This document shows, piece by piece, positions 48,452 to 62,000 of a stretch of 64,000 bases of DNA (position 1 is the stretch's first letter; each line of letters begins with the position of its first letter). Below the pieces are notes generated by a model that saw only the letters and a list, made by a program, of their open reading frames with translations, ran no database searches and was not told where the DNA came from. The stretch comes from Trichodelitschia bisporula. Lineage: Eukaryota. A program made the position numbers and the translations under genes. Location of the stretch: positions 62,001 through 126,000 of the forward strand of contig ML996693.1 in NCBI GenBank assembly GCA_010356995.1, in the 5' to 3' direction.

Positions 48452-50549
48452 TCAGTCATCATCCCCAAAAATCGCCCGAAACAAGTCCTCCCCCGGCCTC
48501 TCCGCCTCAATCGCCTCATTCCGCTCCGTATCCACAACCTCCCACACAGGCAGCGCCTCATCCTTCGCAATCCCCATCTCCTCCCTACTCATCATCCCGC
48601 CATCCTTCCCACGGAAATTCCTTGCATCACGCATCATCCTCTCCAACGCCTCCTTACTCACCACCTCAGCCACATCCCCCGACGCCCCCCCCTCATCCCC
48701 CACCTCCTTCGGCGGCGGCACATTAAACCTCTTACACAGCAAGCGCGTCGGATAAAACCTTGCAACCGACCGCGTCAACGGGCCGAACATGCCCATCCTT
48801 GCCGCCTCCACCGCCGGATCTTCCTTCTTCTCCGGCTTGCGCACGAGCTCCTCCCCACCCTCATCAGCCCGCGATCCCTCAAACGTGCGCTGTGCACTGG
48901 TGAAGCGACTCGCCATCATCCCACTAACAGGCCGAAACACCATCGCCGCCTGCGCAAACTCGCTCATCTCCCTCCGCCAATCCTCCGCACTAGCCCCCGT
49001 TGCCCGCTCCGGCAAGCCCGTCCTGACCTCCGCCACAACCTCCAAGAAAGAACGGTACCGCGCGCGCTTGGGCAGATCATCCGCGTAGGGCATCCACCCG
49101 GCCGCGCCGCGGGCAAGCGCCGCCTGCGCGACGTCCTTGTCCAGGTGCGGCACCTGGCCGCGCAACGTATAGGCCTTCTCCTTGTCTGATTTACGAAATG
49201 CTTCGGGGGGCTCCTCGCCGTGGGCGGAGGGCAGGTCGGCGCGGCCTGAGGCGGAGGCGAGGCGGGCGCGGGCGGCGGGGGTGAGGTAGTCGAAGACGGA
49301 TTTGCCGGGGAGAGGGGACTCGCCGAGGAGGGCGGCGCGGGATGTAGGGTCGAGGGTGGAGGCTTTGGCGGCTTCGGCGGTGGATTGAAAGGGCTTGGCG
49401 GAGGCGGATGAGGAGGCTTTGTTGGGGGTCCAGTCTGGGGGGATTTCTGGTGGAGGGTATTTTGGCTCGGACACGAGATCGAGGGGTTTGGTGGATAGGA
49501 TGAAGCCGTCGAGCGGGAAGCGGCCGTCGTGGCATTTGCGGAATCCGGGCGCCGTTCGGCGGACAAGATCCTTTTTGGAGACGAAGACGGGTTTGAGGAG
49601 GAGGGATGGGTTCGGGACTGCTTTGCTCGGGCCCAGCGGCCTCTTCTTCTTCTTGTCGCCGCCGATCGTCCTGTTGTAGGATATTTTTGGGCCAATCTCG
49701 TAGGGGTCTTCGTCGTCGGATCCCGTGTCGTTGAGCACACCAACGCCAAAGGCGGACTTCTTCTTCTGTGGTTTCGCCCGTGCTTTGCTGAATTCGAGGG
49801 CTTCATCATCGTCATTTGCCGTGACCCGCTGCGTAAGCGATAGTTCTCCCGCGTATCCCAACCCCTTGGTGTCATTCTTCTTGACGAAGCTGATCATGCT
49901 GCTGTTCTCTGGCGCAAAGAGGTGGGTCTCCCCGTCCTCTCCATTCTCTCCGTCTTCGAGATGCGCCTTGCGTCGCACTTTGGGCCCCACGCCTTGTCCC
50001 GGTCGCCAGCCCATGCGCTGCAAAAGCTTGGTGCCTATGGTTTCGCCGCCAGGCCGAACCAGATCTATAAAGGCATCTCGCCGCGCAGTCTCTTCAGCCG
50101 TAGATCCCAGGCCAGAAAATTCACTCGAAGTCTGCAGCTTCCGCGCCTCCTCTGCTTCAGCCAAATCCTCCTCGTCCATGAAGTCCTCGGGTTTAGCCGC
50201 ATTCTGGTCGACGGCAGCGCGCTTCGAGCGGGAGGAGACAAAGGACGCGGGTTGGAAGCCCTCCTTGGAGCCGACAGTGTTGAAGTGGCTTAACTAGGTG
50301 TTTGTAAATGATATTTACGATGACTCGGGTTCAGGAAGCTTACCCAGCGCTCCACCCGCCTGTGAAAGCGCCGTGGAAGCGTTTCCTCCCCCACTCGTCG
50401 CGCGCGTCTTGTTTCCAGACAGGCACAAAAGAGCCATCATCGCGGACGTCAGGGTCGAGTGGAGGTAGCGGCGTGCCGTACACGACGTATGGAGATTGCT
50501 GAGCCTGAAGATCGGCCTCGAAGGTAGCTCGTGAGCGTTTAAAGGCCAT
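48452..50549 (-). CDS. G-patch domain protein, GPATCH1/Gpl1-like (DUF1604 + G-patch)
   Basis: [20 protein letters not shown]^[20 protein letters not shown]-patch [38 protein letters not shown]. Intron 50289-50343. Confidence 0.93.
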
Positions 50550-51111
50550 AGTTGTGGTGATGGCGGGGTTGCCGTGATCAGGTCGTCAGATGGAGGTGCA
50601 GGTCATTCGGAGCCCGAATCACGATGCACGCTCGATTAGACAAGTCAGCATAACCGTAGACTTGGGGTCAGAGAGTGATTAAAGAGACGAATAGAGCAAG
50701 ACAAGAGTACAATGTGCGCTATGTACGCTATGTACATCCGTACGTGGGTAGCTAACGGAAGAGGACGGGCGACTTTTCTTTGTTCAGTCGTCGCTATGCC
50801 AAGACACTTTGTCATTACCGCACGCTCTCTCCTCTCTCCTGCTTTCATCTCTCTCTTCTCCACAAACCCACCACGGGCCGCCCTCACCGGTTCCCTCCCT
50901 CCCTGCCCCCAGCCAGCAACACCAACTTCACCAACTCCACCTCGAACTGCAAAACCGCAATCACCGCCCACCCACCCACGCATCACCGGCCTTTTTTTCA
51001 CTCATCCGCTTCCTCGTCTCTGCTTCAGAGCAGCAAGTCCTTCATATTTCCTATCACTTTCCGTCGCATTGCGCCTGCAAACCCGCTCATCTTGTGTCGC
51101 TGCCCAAGCAG

Positions 51112-51112
<1 letters not shown>

Positions 51113-51147
<35 letters not shown>
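51113..51147 (+). repeat. C35 homopolymer in the GPATCH1/KIN1 divergent region
   Basis: 35 consecutive C residues. Confidence 0.9.
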
Positions 51148-51753
51148 ACCTCTCTCTCTTCCTCCACCTCTCCTCCCCTCTCTCTCCTACTTCTCGACAT
51201 ACGACACCTCAACATAGCATCGTCGCATCCCACTGTCGCATTTGAAGCGCATGTCCTCGGTCGAAGCTGCATAATCACCCAACCACCACGTCGTACACTC
51301 ACCCCTCCAATCCCCTCCACTTGGACCCCCATTGGATCCTGAAGCGACGCCATTCACCTGTGATCAAGCAATCTTGAGAGACAAGTGGTTCACCGGCTTC
51401 GCAACAAAGGTTCGACATAACCCTTCACTCTACCTCTACTTTTGAATCCGCGTTTGCCCTCACGGTCTCCCCCTCCCCGCACCTCCCTACCCCCCCCCCC
51501 CCATTCAATCCCGCTAGATTCTCGGAAAGCTAGCGGATCTGTGTGACGCGTTGTTTCGCGGAGAGCGAGCACACAGGATCGAACTCGGGATAGGGGATTC
51601 CCTTCGTCCGTCGCATTTGCCATCTGATTACTTTGCACTACCAGCCTCTCGCGCTCAGTCTCCTGAGGCCGCAGCCTCATGGTTCATCGGCTGACTTAAC
51701 AGCCATTTCTCCGTGATCGCCGAGCACTCGGTACTCTATCCGCAGCTTAAACA

Positions 51754-54700
51754 ATGTCAACGGCTGCCCCCGCTGCCCCTATAGCTCGCAGCTCCTCGCA
51801 CCGCAATCCGGCCCCAATGGATCCGGCGCAGCAACCTCATCGGGCGCAGTCTACATCTACCCGTCCCGGCGCGCCACCTGCGTCGCCGCGCAGATCGGCG
51901 TCGCAGTCACAGTCACAGTCACACCGACCGTCATCGTCGCAGCAAGCTGCTCTCGCCAACGTTGCGAGACGCGACTTTGAACAGTCCAACCTGCCTCAGG
52001 TCCCGCCGCCCCCCTCAGGAGGCCAACGCAGCCCTTCTCGCGATCGGACCGCCTACCCCGCACGAACAGACTCGCTCCGAAATCACAGCCACCATCGCAC
52101 GTCGTCGCGACCTGAGCAGACGCGCTATGCGCCGATGGATTCAGCGGTCGTGCCACCGGCGCCCACCAACGGCGTGGCTGCAGAGGCCAGTCCGCGACCG
52201 GCTCCGTCGTCGTCGTCGCAGCCCCGTCGGCGGACGACTCTGACTGCACCTTCGGGTACGTGGAGCTTGGGCAAGACTATCGGTGCTGGAAGCATGGGTA
52301 AGGTGAAACTCGCCAAGAATTTGGAAACCGGGGAACAGGTACGTCATCCGACATCTGCCGACGGAGAAAAACTGACACCTCAGGTTGCTATCAAAATTGT
52401 GCCGCGCCAGTCTACGGACGAACACCGCAGCCCCGCTGAGCGGGAGCGTGCCGACCAGTCCAAGGAAGTCCGGACGGCGCGCGAGGCTGCCATAGTCTCT
52501 CTCGTCAAGCACCCCTACATTTGCGGAATGCGCGACGTAGTCCGCACTGCGCACCATTGGTACATGCTTTTCGAGTATGTCAATGGCGGCCAGATGCTCG
52601 ACTACATCATCTCCCACGGCAGGCTGCGGGAGAAGCAGGCCCGCAAGTTTGCTCGGCAGATTGCGAGCGCGCTTGACTACTGTCATAGGAACAGCATCGT
52701 GCACCGCGACCTGAAGATTGAAAACATCTTGATCAGCAAGGTTGGCGACATCAAAATCATAGACTTTGGCCTGAGCAACCTTTTTTCCCCGCACGGACAT
52801 CTGAAGACGTTTTGCGGAAGTCTTTACTTTGCGGCACCCGAGCTGCTGCAGGCTCGACAGTACACCGGGCCCGAGGTGGACGTTTGGTCATTCGGTATTG
52901 TGTTGTACGTCCTGGTGTGTGGTAAAGTTCCGTTTGACGATCAGAGCATGCCGCAGTTGCATGCGAAGATCAAAAAGGGCTTCGTTGAGTATCCGCCGTG
53001 GTTGACAGCGGGTGAGTCTGGTGTCTCATATCGCTGCCAACAAACTGACGTTAGCAGAATGCAAAAACCTCATTTCTCGTATGCTGGTGACCGATCCTCG
53101 GCAGCGTGCGACCCTGGGGGAGATTATGAACCATCCGTGGATGATCAAGGGCTTCAATGGACCGCCGGAAAACTACCTGCCGGCGCGCGAGCCACTCCAC
53201 TTCCCGCTGGATACAACTGTCATCCAGGAGATGACCGGCTTTGACTTTGGCACGCCGGAACACATCACCGCGACATTGACCAGGGCCATCCAGTCGGAGG
53301 AATACCAACGTGCCGTACGCAACATGAACCGCAAGCACCCGTCGAACCAGGGCGAAACGGACCGTAAGCGCGGCATGTTTGATTTCTACAAGCGCAGAAA
53401 CTCGGCCACGAGCGGCGAGGCTCTGAACAGCGCGTCGGCGGAGCAGGTCAACACCGGCGAAGATCCCATCAATGCTTTCCATCCCATGATCTCAATTTAC
53501 TACCTCGTCCGCGAAAAGCTCGACCTTGATCGCCAGGGTAGGAGCTCGGCGCCATCGGCGGAGCAGATTCAGATGCCCGATCTCCCGGCACCGGCGGCCG
53601 CATACACTAACGCCAATACTTACGAAATGGCCGGCGAGGCCCCCACCGGCGGCCGCACGCGTCCTCGCGCCCGCACCCACGGTGAGGATGAAGTCACTGA
53701 TGATCTGAAGAAGCTGGCACTTCAGCAGAACGACGGGCCCCCGTCTGTTCCTCACCCGGCCGAAAACCCCCCTGTCAAGAAGGAATCCGCCACCACCAGC
53801 CTGTTGCGCCGCTTCAGCACCCGCAAGCGCCGCGATAATTACCCGGAACGCGACCACAGCATGCGCGACCGCGACCGGACGCATCGCAGCGATTTCGCAC
53901 ACCCGCCGCCCCCACACCCTGTGCACCAAACACCGCCCACTCCCTCGGTCGAAATTTCCTCTCCGGCTGAGGCTAATACTAACACGCCTCCCCCACCCCG
54001 CAAGAGCTTTTCCGTCCGCCGCATCCGTGGTGAGCGCGAGGCACCCAGCTCCGCGTCACTGCACGTCACAGGCTCGCAGCGCCAGCAGCCCGAGCTGCTC
54101 ACCCCGCCCGCCACCAGCGGAGAGGGCTTCCCGCGCCGCTTCATGTCGCTGCGCCGCTCGGCGAGCGTGGATCGGCGCCGCCTGGCCCGCAGAGCCGAGG
54201 TCCAGCCCCCGGGCACGCCCTCAGACGGCCCGCCTCCCAGCTCCGACGGCGAGAGTTTCAACAAACAACAGCCCGAGCAAGATGCAGCCGGCTCCCGGCC
54301 TGCCGCCGCAACCCGCGCCAAATCCCTGGGCCACGCCCGCCGCGAAAGCATCCAGGCGCGCCGCGCCCGTCGCGAACAGATCCGCGAACCGTCCGGCAGC
54401 AACGTGCCGGAGGAAACGGACGCCGAGGTCGCGGAAGCGGCGGCCGCGGCTGAGGCCGCTGAGCACAGCAGTGAGGAGGCTATGAAGCCCGTGTATCTCA
54501 AGGGCTTGTTCAGCGTTAGCACGACGAGCAGCAAGCCGCTCCCGGTCATCCGTGCGGATATCATCCGCGTGCTGCGCCAGCTGGGCGTTGAGTTTGAGGA
54601 GATTCGCGGCGGGTTTGAATGTCGCCATGCGCCGAGTATTGATTTGCGCCGCGTCGAGGCGTTGCCGGTGCCCGGGTCCGGGGCTGGGCTGAATCCGCCT

Positions 54701-55129
54701 GCGTATTATGAGCGGGGGGTGGGGGGGAATGCGTCGGGGCAGTCCGGGCATCGGCGGAAGATTTCGTTTGGGGGGATTATGGGCGGTGAGGGGCGGGATG
54801 AGTTCCGGGCTAATCATGCGCCGGGGACGCCGCGGGGAAGCACGAGTTTGCGCCCCCAGGGCCAGGCGAGTCCAACGGGGAGTGAGGAGTACTCGAGTGA
54901 GAGTGAGAGTGTGAGGAGGGCGCGGAAGGCGCCGCGGAGTACGCCTAGGGGGGAGACGAGTACGCGGGTGAGGGAGGATGTGGGGGAGAGTTTGGTGCTG
55001 CGGTTTGAGATTTTTATTGTTAAGGTGCCGTTGTTGAGTTTGCATGGGATTCAGTTTAAGAAGGTGGATGGGAATATGATGCAGTATAAGAATATGGCGC
55101 AGGAGATTCTTAAGGCGCTGAGGTTGTAG
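51754..55129 (+). CDS. KIN1: Kin1-type (MARK/Par-1 family) Ser/Thr protein kinase with C-terminal KA1 domain
   Basis: [77 protein letters not shown]. Introns 52339-52383 and 53012-53057. Confidence 0.96.
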
Positions 55130-55848
55130 GGGGGGGTGTGGTTCTTGAGGAAGGGGTGGGAGCGGATTGAGCGCTTGTTGGGAGGGGGGGATGGGGAGAG
55201 CAGTGGTTGGTTCGGCGCCTTTCCTCTGCTCCTGTCTGCTGGTGTCCCCATGTATTTTCCAAAAGAGATATTGCTGTTTCTTCTCAAGGTTCGGGTCTTC
55301 CTTACACCTCCGCATATGCGTTGCTCGTCGTTTTTCTCTCACCTTAGCACGTTGATGGTTACGGGATACACACACAAAAGGGGACATTGTAATATGTTGG
55401 TCGATTCTGTATCTTTCACTTTTTCTAGACGGCTGTGGTTCTGGGGTCGACTGAAAGGAGTTGGCTTCCTGGTGAATTGAGGTTGTAGGGTGTGGGATGT
55501 GAGCGAGTGAGGGGGCGTTGATGGGAGCGTAATGTCGTTGTTTTGCGGCGAGCGGATGTGGGTGTAGGTGTGGATAGGGTGTGGTGGTTAGATGCCAATG
55601 GGCGGTACGGGGGGATTACATAGTATGGCTAATGCGATGGGAGATTTTTGGCGTGGCAGACTGACTGTGGACTGCGCGTGGAGTCGCTGAGCAAGGCTGA
55701 GGAAGCATGAAGTCCGGCATCCATCGCTCGGCACGCCGTGCATGTACCCGTACTTCGGCCCGGAACACCTCCCCTCGATGCCGGGCAACTCGACACCGTG
55801 GTCAGCCCCACTGTCAAAGCTTAAACCAACACCCACGGGCCTTGTGCC

Positions 55849-56057
55849 GTGGATATGGAAGCAGCATTGTTTTGACAGGAAGGTACATCCCAAGGGTCAT
55901 GATGTAATGAACGCGTGGTGGGAGGAAGGAGTAAAGGAGGATACTTGGCATTGTGCATTTAAGTCTTCGAGAGTTTCTTCCTCTCTTTTTTTTTTTATAT
56001 CAATCTTCAGTTCTACAGGTGCCGTTGCCTGTGTTTAGAGCTTTGTTCCCATCAAAC
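55849..56057 (+). repeat. Dispersed ~200-bp repeat, copy 2
   Basis: AAAGGAGGATACTTGGCAT (55933-55951) is identical to 3714-3732, with colinear similarity over ~200 bp. Confidence 0.85.
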
Positions 56058-56645
56058 CGCCACCACCACTCGGTGCCGTACACTCGTCGACACGCCATCA
56101 GCCCTGCACCGCCCGTCAAACCCTAACCCAGCACCAGTGGTCATCCACCATCCTTCGTCACCATGCAGGCATGGCAACGGATCAATTCCGCTCTCCATAC
56201 ACAAGGAAGAACATCTCGCTCAACTCCACCCGATCACTCATTTAACACCCGAAGGTTCCGTGCTGGAGCCATCGGGCCCGCCCGAACAGGGCACATCTCG
56301 CGAACGAGCCTCGTTCCTCGTTCCAGGAGCGAGACGCAGATATATTGCGCCGCCACACCTTAGTAACCTTCCGAGCCCTACCCATTGGTCCCGCGCGGGG
56401 ACTTGCGATCTCTTACCCAGGTGTTTCCATCTCTCACGCCCAACACTTCCGATCTCTGCGCCACACGCCGGCTGCAAAGATATCGAATCGCACTCGCTAG
56501 ACCCGATGGTGTATCGCAACTAATATGCCCCAAAGATTGAGCCGCACAGGCCCGCGGGGCTCATCTCCGCCTGTATAAAGCCCCGCCATCACCCATAACG
56601 CCCGCCTTATCCACCTCACCGATCCTACGCTCGTCACTCGTTACC

Positions 56646-57688
56646 ATGCGCGCCACCTCCACCCTCCTCGCCCTGGCCGCCGCGGCCACGGCCTCGGCCA
56701 CCTCCGTGCTCACCGCCGCCCCGACCGCAGACTGCCCGACCCTGCTCCTGGTGTACGCACGCGCAACAACCGAGCCACCGGGCAGCATGGACAATGCGGA
56801 CTCTGCGAAGTTCGAGGCCGCGGCGGCGCGCGTGTGGAGTAAGGGGTATGGGGCTGCGGGGTTTAGCTTGTATAGCAATGTTACCAAGTTGATTCCGGGG
56901 AGTGCGGGGTATCCGGTGCATTATCCGGTATGTGGAGCGGTCCCTCCTCTTTCCCCTATCAACTCACCCACCTGGGATGAGCGCTAATGCGAATGCAGGC
57001 TTCCTGGACGGGATGCACGTCCGAAGACAAGGGCGTCGCCGACTATCTCGACCAACTGAGCAAAGTCGCAGCCGCGTGTCCGAACACCAAGTTCGCGCTC
57101 GGCGGGCACAGTCAGGGGGGTGTCGTGACAGTGCGCACAATCCCGCAGATTCCGAAGAATATTCTGAGCCGCATTGTTGCGGTTACCATGTTCGGGAGCC
57201 CGAACTGCCCGGCTGAGGTCAAGGATCGGTGCCGGAGCTACTGCAACCAGGGCGATGGGGTGAGTGCCATCTCGTGGATATGGTGGGGTAAAGGCTGACG
57301 AGGGTAGATCTGCACCGGCGAGGGCAACGGTCAGGAGAAGGGCCGGTGTTCGGCCGCGGGCGGCAAGGCTGGCAGTGCGAGTCCCAAGGCGGGCGGCATG
57401 GGCCCCAAGGCGCCGAAGATGGGCAAGGGGGCTGAGGGGGGGGCGCTCGGGCGGATGGTCGACTTCGCGCCGCCGATTGTTGAGGCGATGGATGATGCTG
57501 AGGGCTGGCAGCAGGCACAGTGCTCTGGGCCGGAGGTGCAGGAGAAGGGGCACAAGGCTGTGGGGAGTGAGGGGGCGCATATGCTGTATAACAAGGATGG
57601 ATACTATGTGAAGGCGGCAGCGTGCTTTATTTACAATCGGTTGCAGGCGGCGACTGCGGGTACTGCTGCGCCGGCGATGGTGGAGTAG
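56646..57688 (+). CDS. Secreted cutinase-family / CE5 esterase
   Basis: Signal peptide; ARATTEP, VHYPAS, CPNTKFALGGHSQGG, MFGSP, CNQGDGIC, AHMLY. Introns 56928-56998 and 57260-57307. Confidence 0.9.
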
Positions 57689-59089
57689 GTTGGGAGGTGA
57701 TGGGGAGGAATGGATGAGGTTGTCATCATTACCCGCTATTGAACGCCTTGTTGGGCGGAAGTTAAGGTTACCCGTTGCTAGTTGATGCGGTGAAGTTGGA
57801 GAAAAATGTGGGATTCCCAGGAACGAGGCATGGTAAGAGTAGGCGGGCCGTGATATGTGTAGCCGTCATGATTGTATTCCCTTGCTGGCTATCGATCGGT
57901 CCGTAGCCAGTCGACGGCTCTTCGTAGACTATCGGCGTGTTTTCCGGGACTTGTAAATGGGAAGTCGTCTCACGAGTGTTTCATCGCGAGATGGACACCC
58001 GCAAGAACACCTACGCGGGTATCGCATACCGGTTGTGTATATTCGAGCATGTGACCGGTTACTGCGGCACAGTTGATGGTCAGAGTATCCAGTTGGTCTT
58101 CCAATGCCGGTCAGACGCGTCTTGATGTTGGAGGAGTGGCTTGTCTGTGGCGAAGTTCCAACCCAGGTGTGGCTGACGCTGTCAAAATTCGTGTTTTGTC
58201 GATCGGCATGACGTCAAGGCGATCTCCGCCAGGGACTGGCCCACTCGTCTTTGTTGACCAATCTTGCCAGTCGCGGTTGAGCGGGTTATTGTGCCTGTTT
58301 TTCTGCACGTCAACCGGTTGTGCGGAGAGGTGTCCGTAACGGTAACTCAGCTAATGGACGTGACGGACTGCAGGTCTGGCGCAATTGGATTCGGCGTCCG
58401 TTGGGTGCGACGCAAGACGCGGAGAAGTGGAAATTGTCTCAGCTTCGCGCTTCGGGGCAAATCATCACCAAAAACTTTTCTCGACATCAAGCCAAAGCCG
58501 AATGTCGCCAAATATGTACGGCAAAGATGGATGCAAAGAATGTTAGCAAGTAACAGGCAGCGGGGAATAGATGAAGCCACCCTCGCGTTTGTCGCGATAC
58601 TACCCGCGTATTATGACGTTAGCGGCGGCTAAGGGGCGCTGCGATAGGCACACGCGCGGTGCACGGTGCCAAAACTAGTTTGGACCAAGTAACAGGCGAC
58701 GAAACACCAACTCAAGACTCCGATGCCCTTCGCTTCCCCAGACAGGACCGCTTGAACCCCACGACCTCACAATCCCCCATCTCCACTTCCCTCCACCTTT
58801 CCCGGTCCCCTTCTCCACTCCTCTCGCTTTGCCACTTCTCCGCAAGTCGTACATCTGCAGGTACCACCGCACGTCCGCCCTTGTGACATTGAGCGGCATC
58901 CTTTGGACGACACCCATATCTCCAATCTCCCACCTCTCCATCACCGGCGCCTGCCACTTCACCACTTCACCACAACACTCACAACCTCCGCCTACCTACA
59001 ATTCTGCAAAACCCCGTCATGCTTCTCCCCTCCACGAGCTCCGCATTCTTCCCTTAATTCGAAGTCGAGATTGAGAGCTTCGCCTCGCT

Positions 59090-62000
59090 ATGGCGTCCAA
59101 CACGTCCAACTCGTCCTCGTTGCTCGACCAGAGCGCCGCAGCGGTTGCTGCCCGCACATCCTCTGGCCAGACTATTCAGACCTTCTTGGCCTCGCTGGGT
59201 GGCTCGTTTACGCTGTTTGCCGTACAGATCACCGTCTTCTATCTGTTGAGAGACAAATTCACGCGTATCTAGTACGTACTCATCTCTAATCATCTACCAA
59301 AGTCAACCTCTAACCTGCGCAGCCGGCCCAAGACATACCTCGTCCCGGGTAAGGCGCGTGTGGAGCCCCCGCCGCCAGGCTTCTTTAAATGGATAAAGCC
59401 CGTCTTCAAGACGTCCAATGCCGAGCTCATCTCAAAATGCGGACTCGATGCCTACTTCTTCCTACGTTACCTCCGTATGCTCCTTAAGATATTCATTCCT
59501 TCGGCCTTTGTCGTCCTCCCCATCCTCATTCCTATCAACAGCAGGACTCCAAACAACGACACCGTTCGCGGCCTAGACAAGCTTGGATGGCAAAACTATG
59601 ACCCCAAGAATACGCAGCGCTTCTGGGCCCACCTCCTGCTTGCAGTAGGCGTCATTGTCTGGACGTGCTACGTCGTGCATGATGAGCTGCGGGGCTACAT
59701 CCGTGTCCGACAGGCCTACCTCACCTCGCCGCAGCACCGCCTGCGGGCGTCTGCAAACACTGTTCTCGTCACCAGTATCCCACGTAAATGGCTGAGCCAT
59801 GAGGCTCTCGACGGCCTGTACGACGTCTTCCCCGGCGGTATTCGCAACATCTGGATCAACCGGAACTATGACGAGCTGCACGAAAAGGTGGAGCTTCGCG
59901 ATCAGTTGGCCCTCAAGCTCGAGGCTGCAGAAACGGCTCTGATCCGCAAAGTCAAGGAAAAGCACATCGCGCAACTCAAGAAGGCGGAGAAACAAGCTGG
60001 CCTGAAGCGCACTAAGAAGGAAACTGTCCAAATGCAGGCTGATTCTGAAAAGGCTGCTCTTCAAATGGCCCAGCAGCCTGGTCTGAGTTCGGGAAATCCT
60101 CACCAGGTTCAAACCTTGGACGAAGCCCTTGGTCACAATCATCGAACTCATTCTTCTTCTTCCTCCTCGGACGATGAGCCGACCGCGGGCGCTGACAGGC
60201 CGCGTATTCAAATTCCCGTCATCGGACCAGGTCTCGATGCAATTGGTCATGGTTTCGCAAAGCTCGGCCGCAACATCGTTGGTCTGCCGAAGAAGGTTGA
60301 GGGCAGGATGGAGGCTGTCAACGAGGGCGGCGGGGATGAGACCGTCGAGGAATCACTTGACGGGGCAGCAGATCCTCGACCCTCTCTGCACGAATCGGAA
60401 CCCTATGTTTCTGACGGCCGGGCTCGTCAAGGGACGGCTACTTCCCAGACTCCCCTTCACGCTCCTAACAGCAGGAACTCAGAATCGCCAATGCCTCCTG
60501 TTACAGCCCAGGACACCCAGGACACCCAGGACACCCAGTACGCCACCGCGCACGAGCAACCCGCCGTAGAGGTTACCAGCCCGAGCTTCATTGACCCTCC
60601 CACCAGCGCTACCGAGCCGCCGAAAGCTACTGACTGGACGAAAAACGCTTTTCTCGAGCCGACGCCGCACCGTGGTTGGAAGTTTTGGAAGGACGGCCAT
60701 GACGTGGTTCTGCCGAGCCCTGAGCCCAATCAAACGGAGCCCGATTCGTTTCCTCTTGGATCCATGCCCCGTTCAGGTAATGACGAAACGGAGTCCAACC
60801 ACGAACTCTCCAAGACCAAACTATTTTCGCGCAAGAAGAAGGCTGATAAAGTTGTCGCAGAGGTGTACCCCGAGGCCTACGACGAAGCGTATGCGGACGA
60901 CAAGGGCGGCGACCAGGAGCCTCTCTGGAAACGCTACCTCTCTCCCAAGGACCGCGACACCATGAGGCTTCCCCTTTTCGGCTTGAGCTGGATGCCGTTC
61001 ATGCCTTCCTGGCTCGGACTCGGGAAGAAAGTTGACACCATCTACTACTGCCGCCGGGAGCTGGCTCGCCTCAATATGGAGATTGAGCAGGACCAGCAAG
61101 AGCCCCAAAAGTACCCGCTCATGAACTCGGCCTTCATCCAGTTCAACCACCAGGTCGCCGCTCACATGGCCTGTCAGAGCGTCAGCCACCACGTCCCCAA
61201 TCACATGGCGCCTCGCATCGTCGAGATTGCACCTGGGGACATCATCTGGGACAATCTGTCCATCAAGTGGTGGGAGCGATTTTTGCGCAAGGGCGTGGTT
61301 TTCCTCTTCATCACTGGCCTTGTCATAGCATGGGCTGTTCCCGTCTCGCTCAGCTCCATCACGAATAATCTGTCAACGCTGGCTACATTCAACGGGTTCC
61401 ACTGGATCAGCAAGCTTCCGGTATGGCTGATCTCCGCGCTCCAAGGCATCCTCCCCTGGTTGATCGTCACCATCCTGCTGGCCCTGCTGCCGCTGATTCT
61501 CCGTTTTGCGGCCAGGCTGGAGGGAGTGCACACTGGCATGGCTGTCGAGCTGTCCGTACAGACAAGCTACTTTGCCTTTCTGTTCGTGCAGCTGTTCCTC
61601 GTTGTGACGATCGCCACGAGCGTTTTCAAAGTCATCAAGCAGCTTACGTCAAATCCCACGAGCGTCCCGACGATTCTGGCGAAGAATATCCCCCGCTCAG
61701 CGAACTACTTCTTCTCGTACATTCTGCTGCAAGCTCTCTCGGTCAGCGCCGGTTCTCTCGCGCAGGTTAAGGCCCTGGCGATATGGTTCCTGTGGCGGCC
61801 GATAGTGGACAATACCGCGAGGCAGAAGTTCAACCGACAGCTTAAGCTGCCGTCGGTGAAGTGGGGGACGTTTTTCCCCATTTACACGAACTTGGCATGC
61901 ATCGGTGAGCCCACCGATCCTTTTTTGAGTGTCACTAACGTTGTAGGGTTGATCTACTCGATCATTGCGCCGCTCATCATGATCTTCAATGTCGTCACGT

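Noticed and set aside
60509..60538. Short coding tandem repeats (QDT x3 here, HSDT x3 at ~2045-2080, PGSRDSA x2 at ~45127-45170)
   Set aside because: Ordinary slippage repeats in disordered or loop regions.
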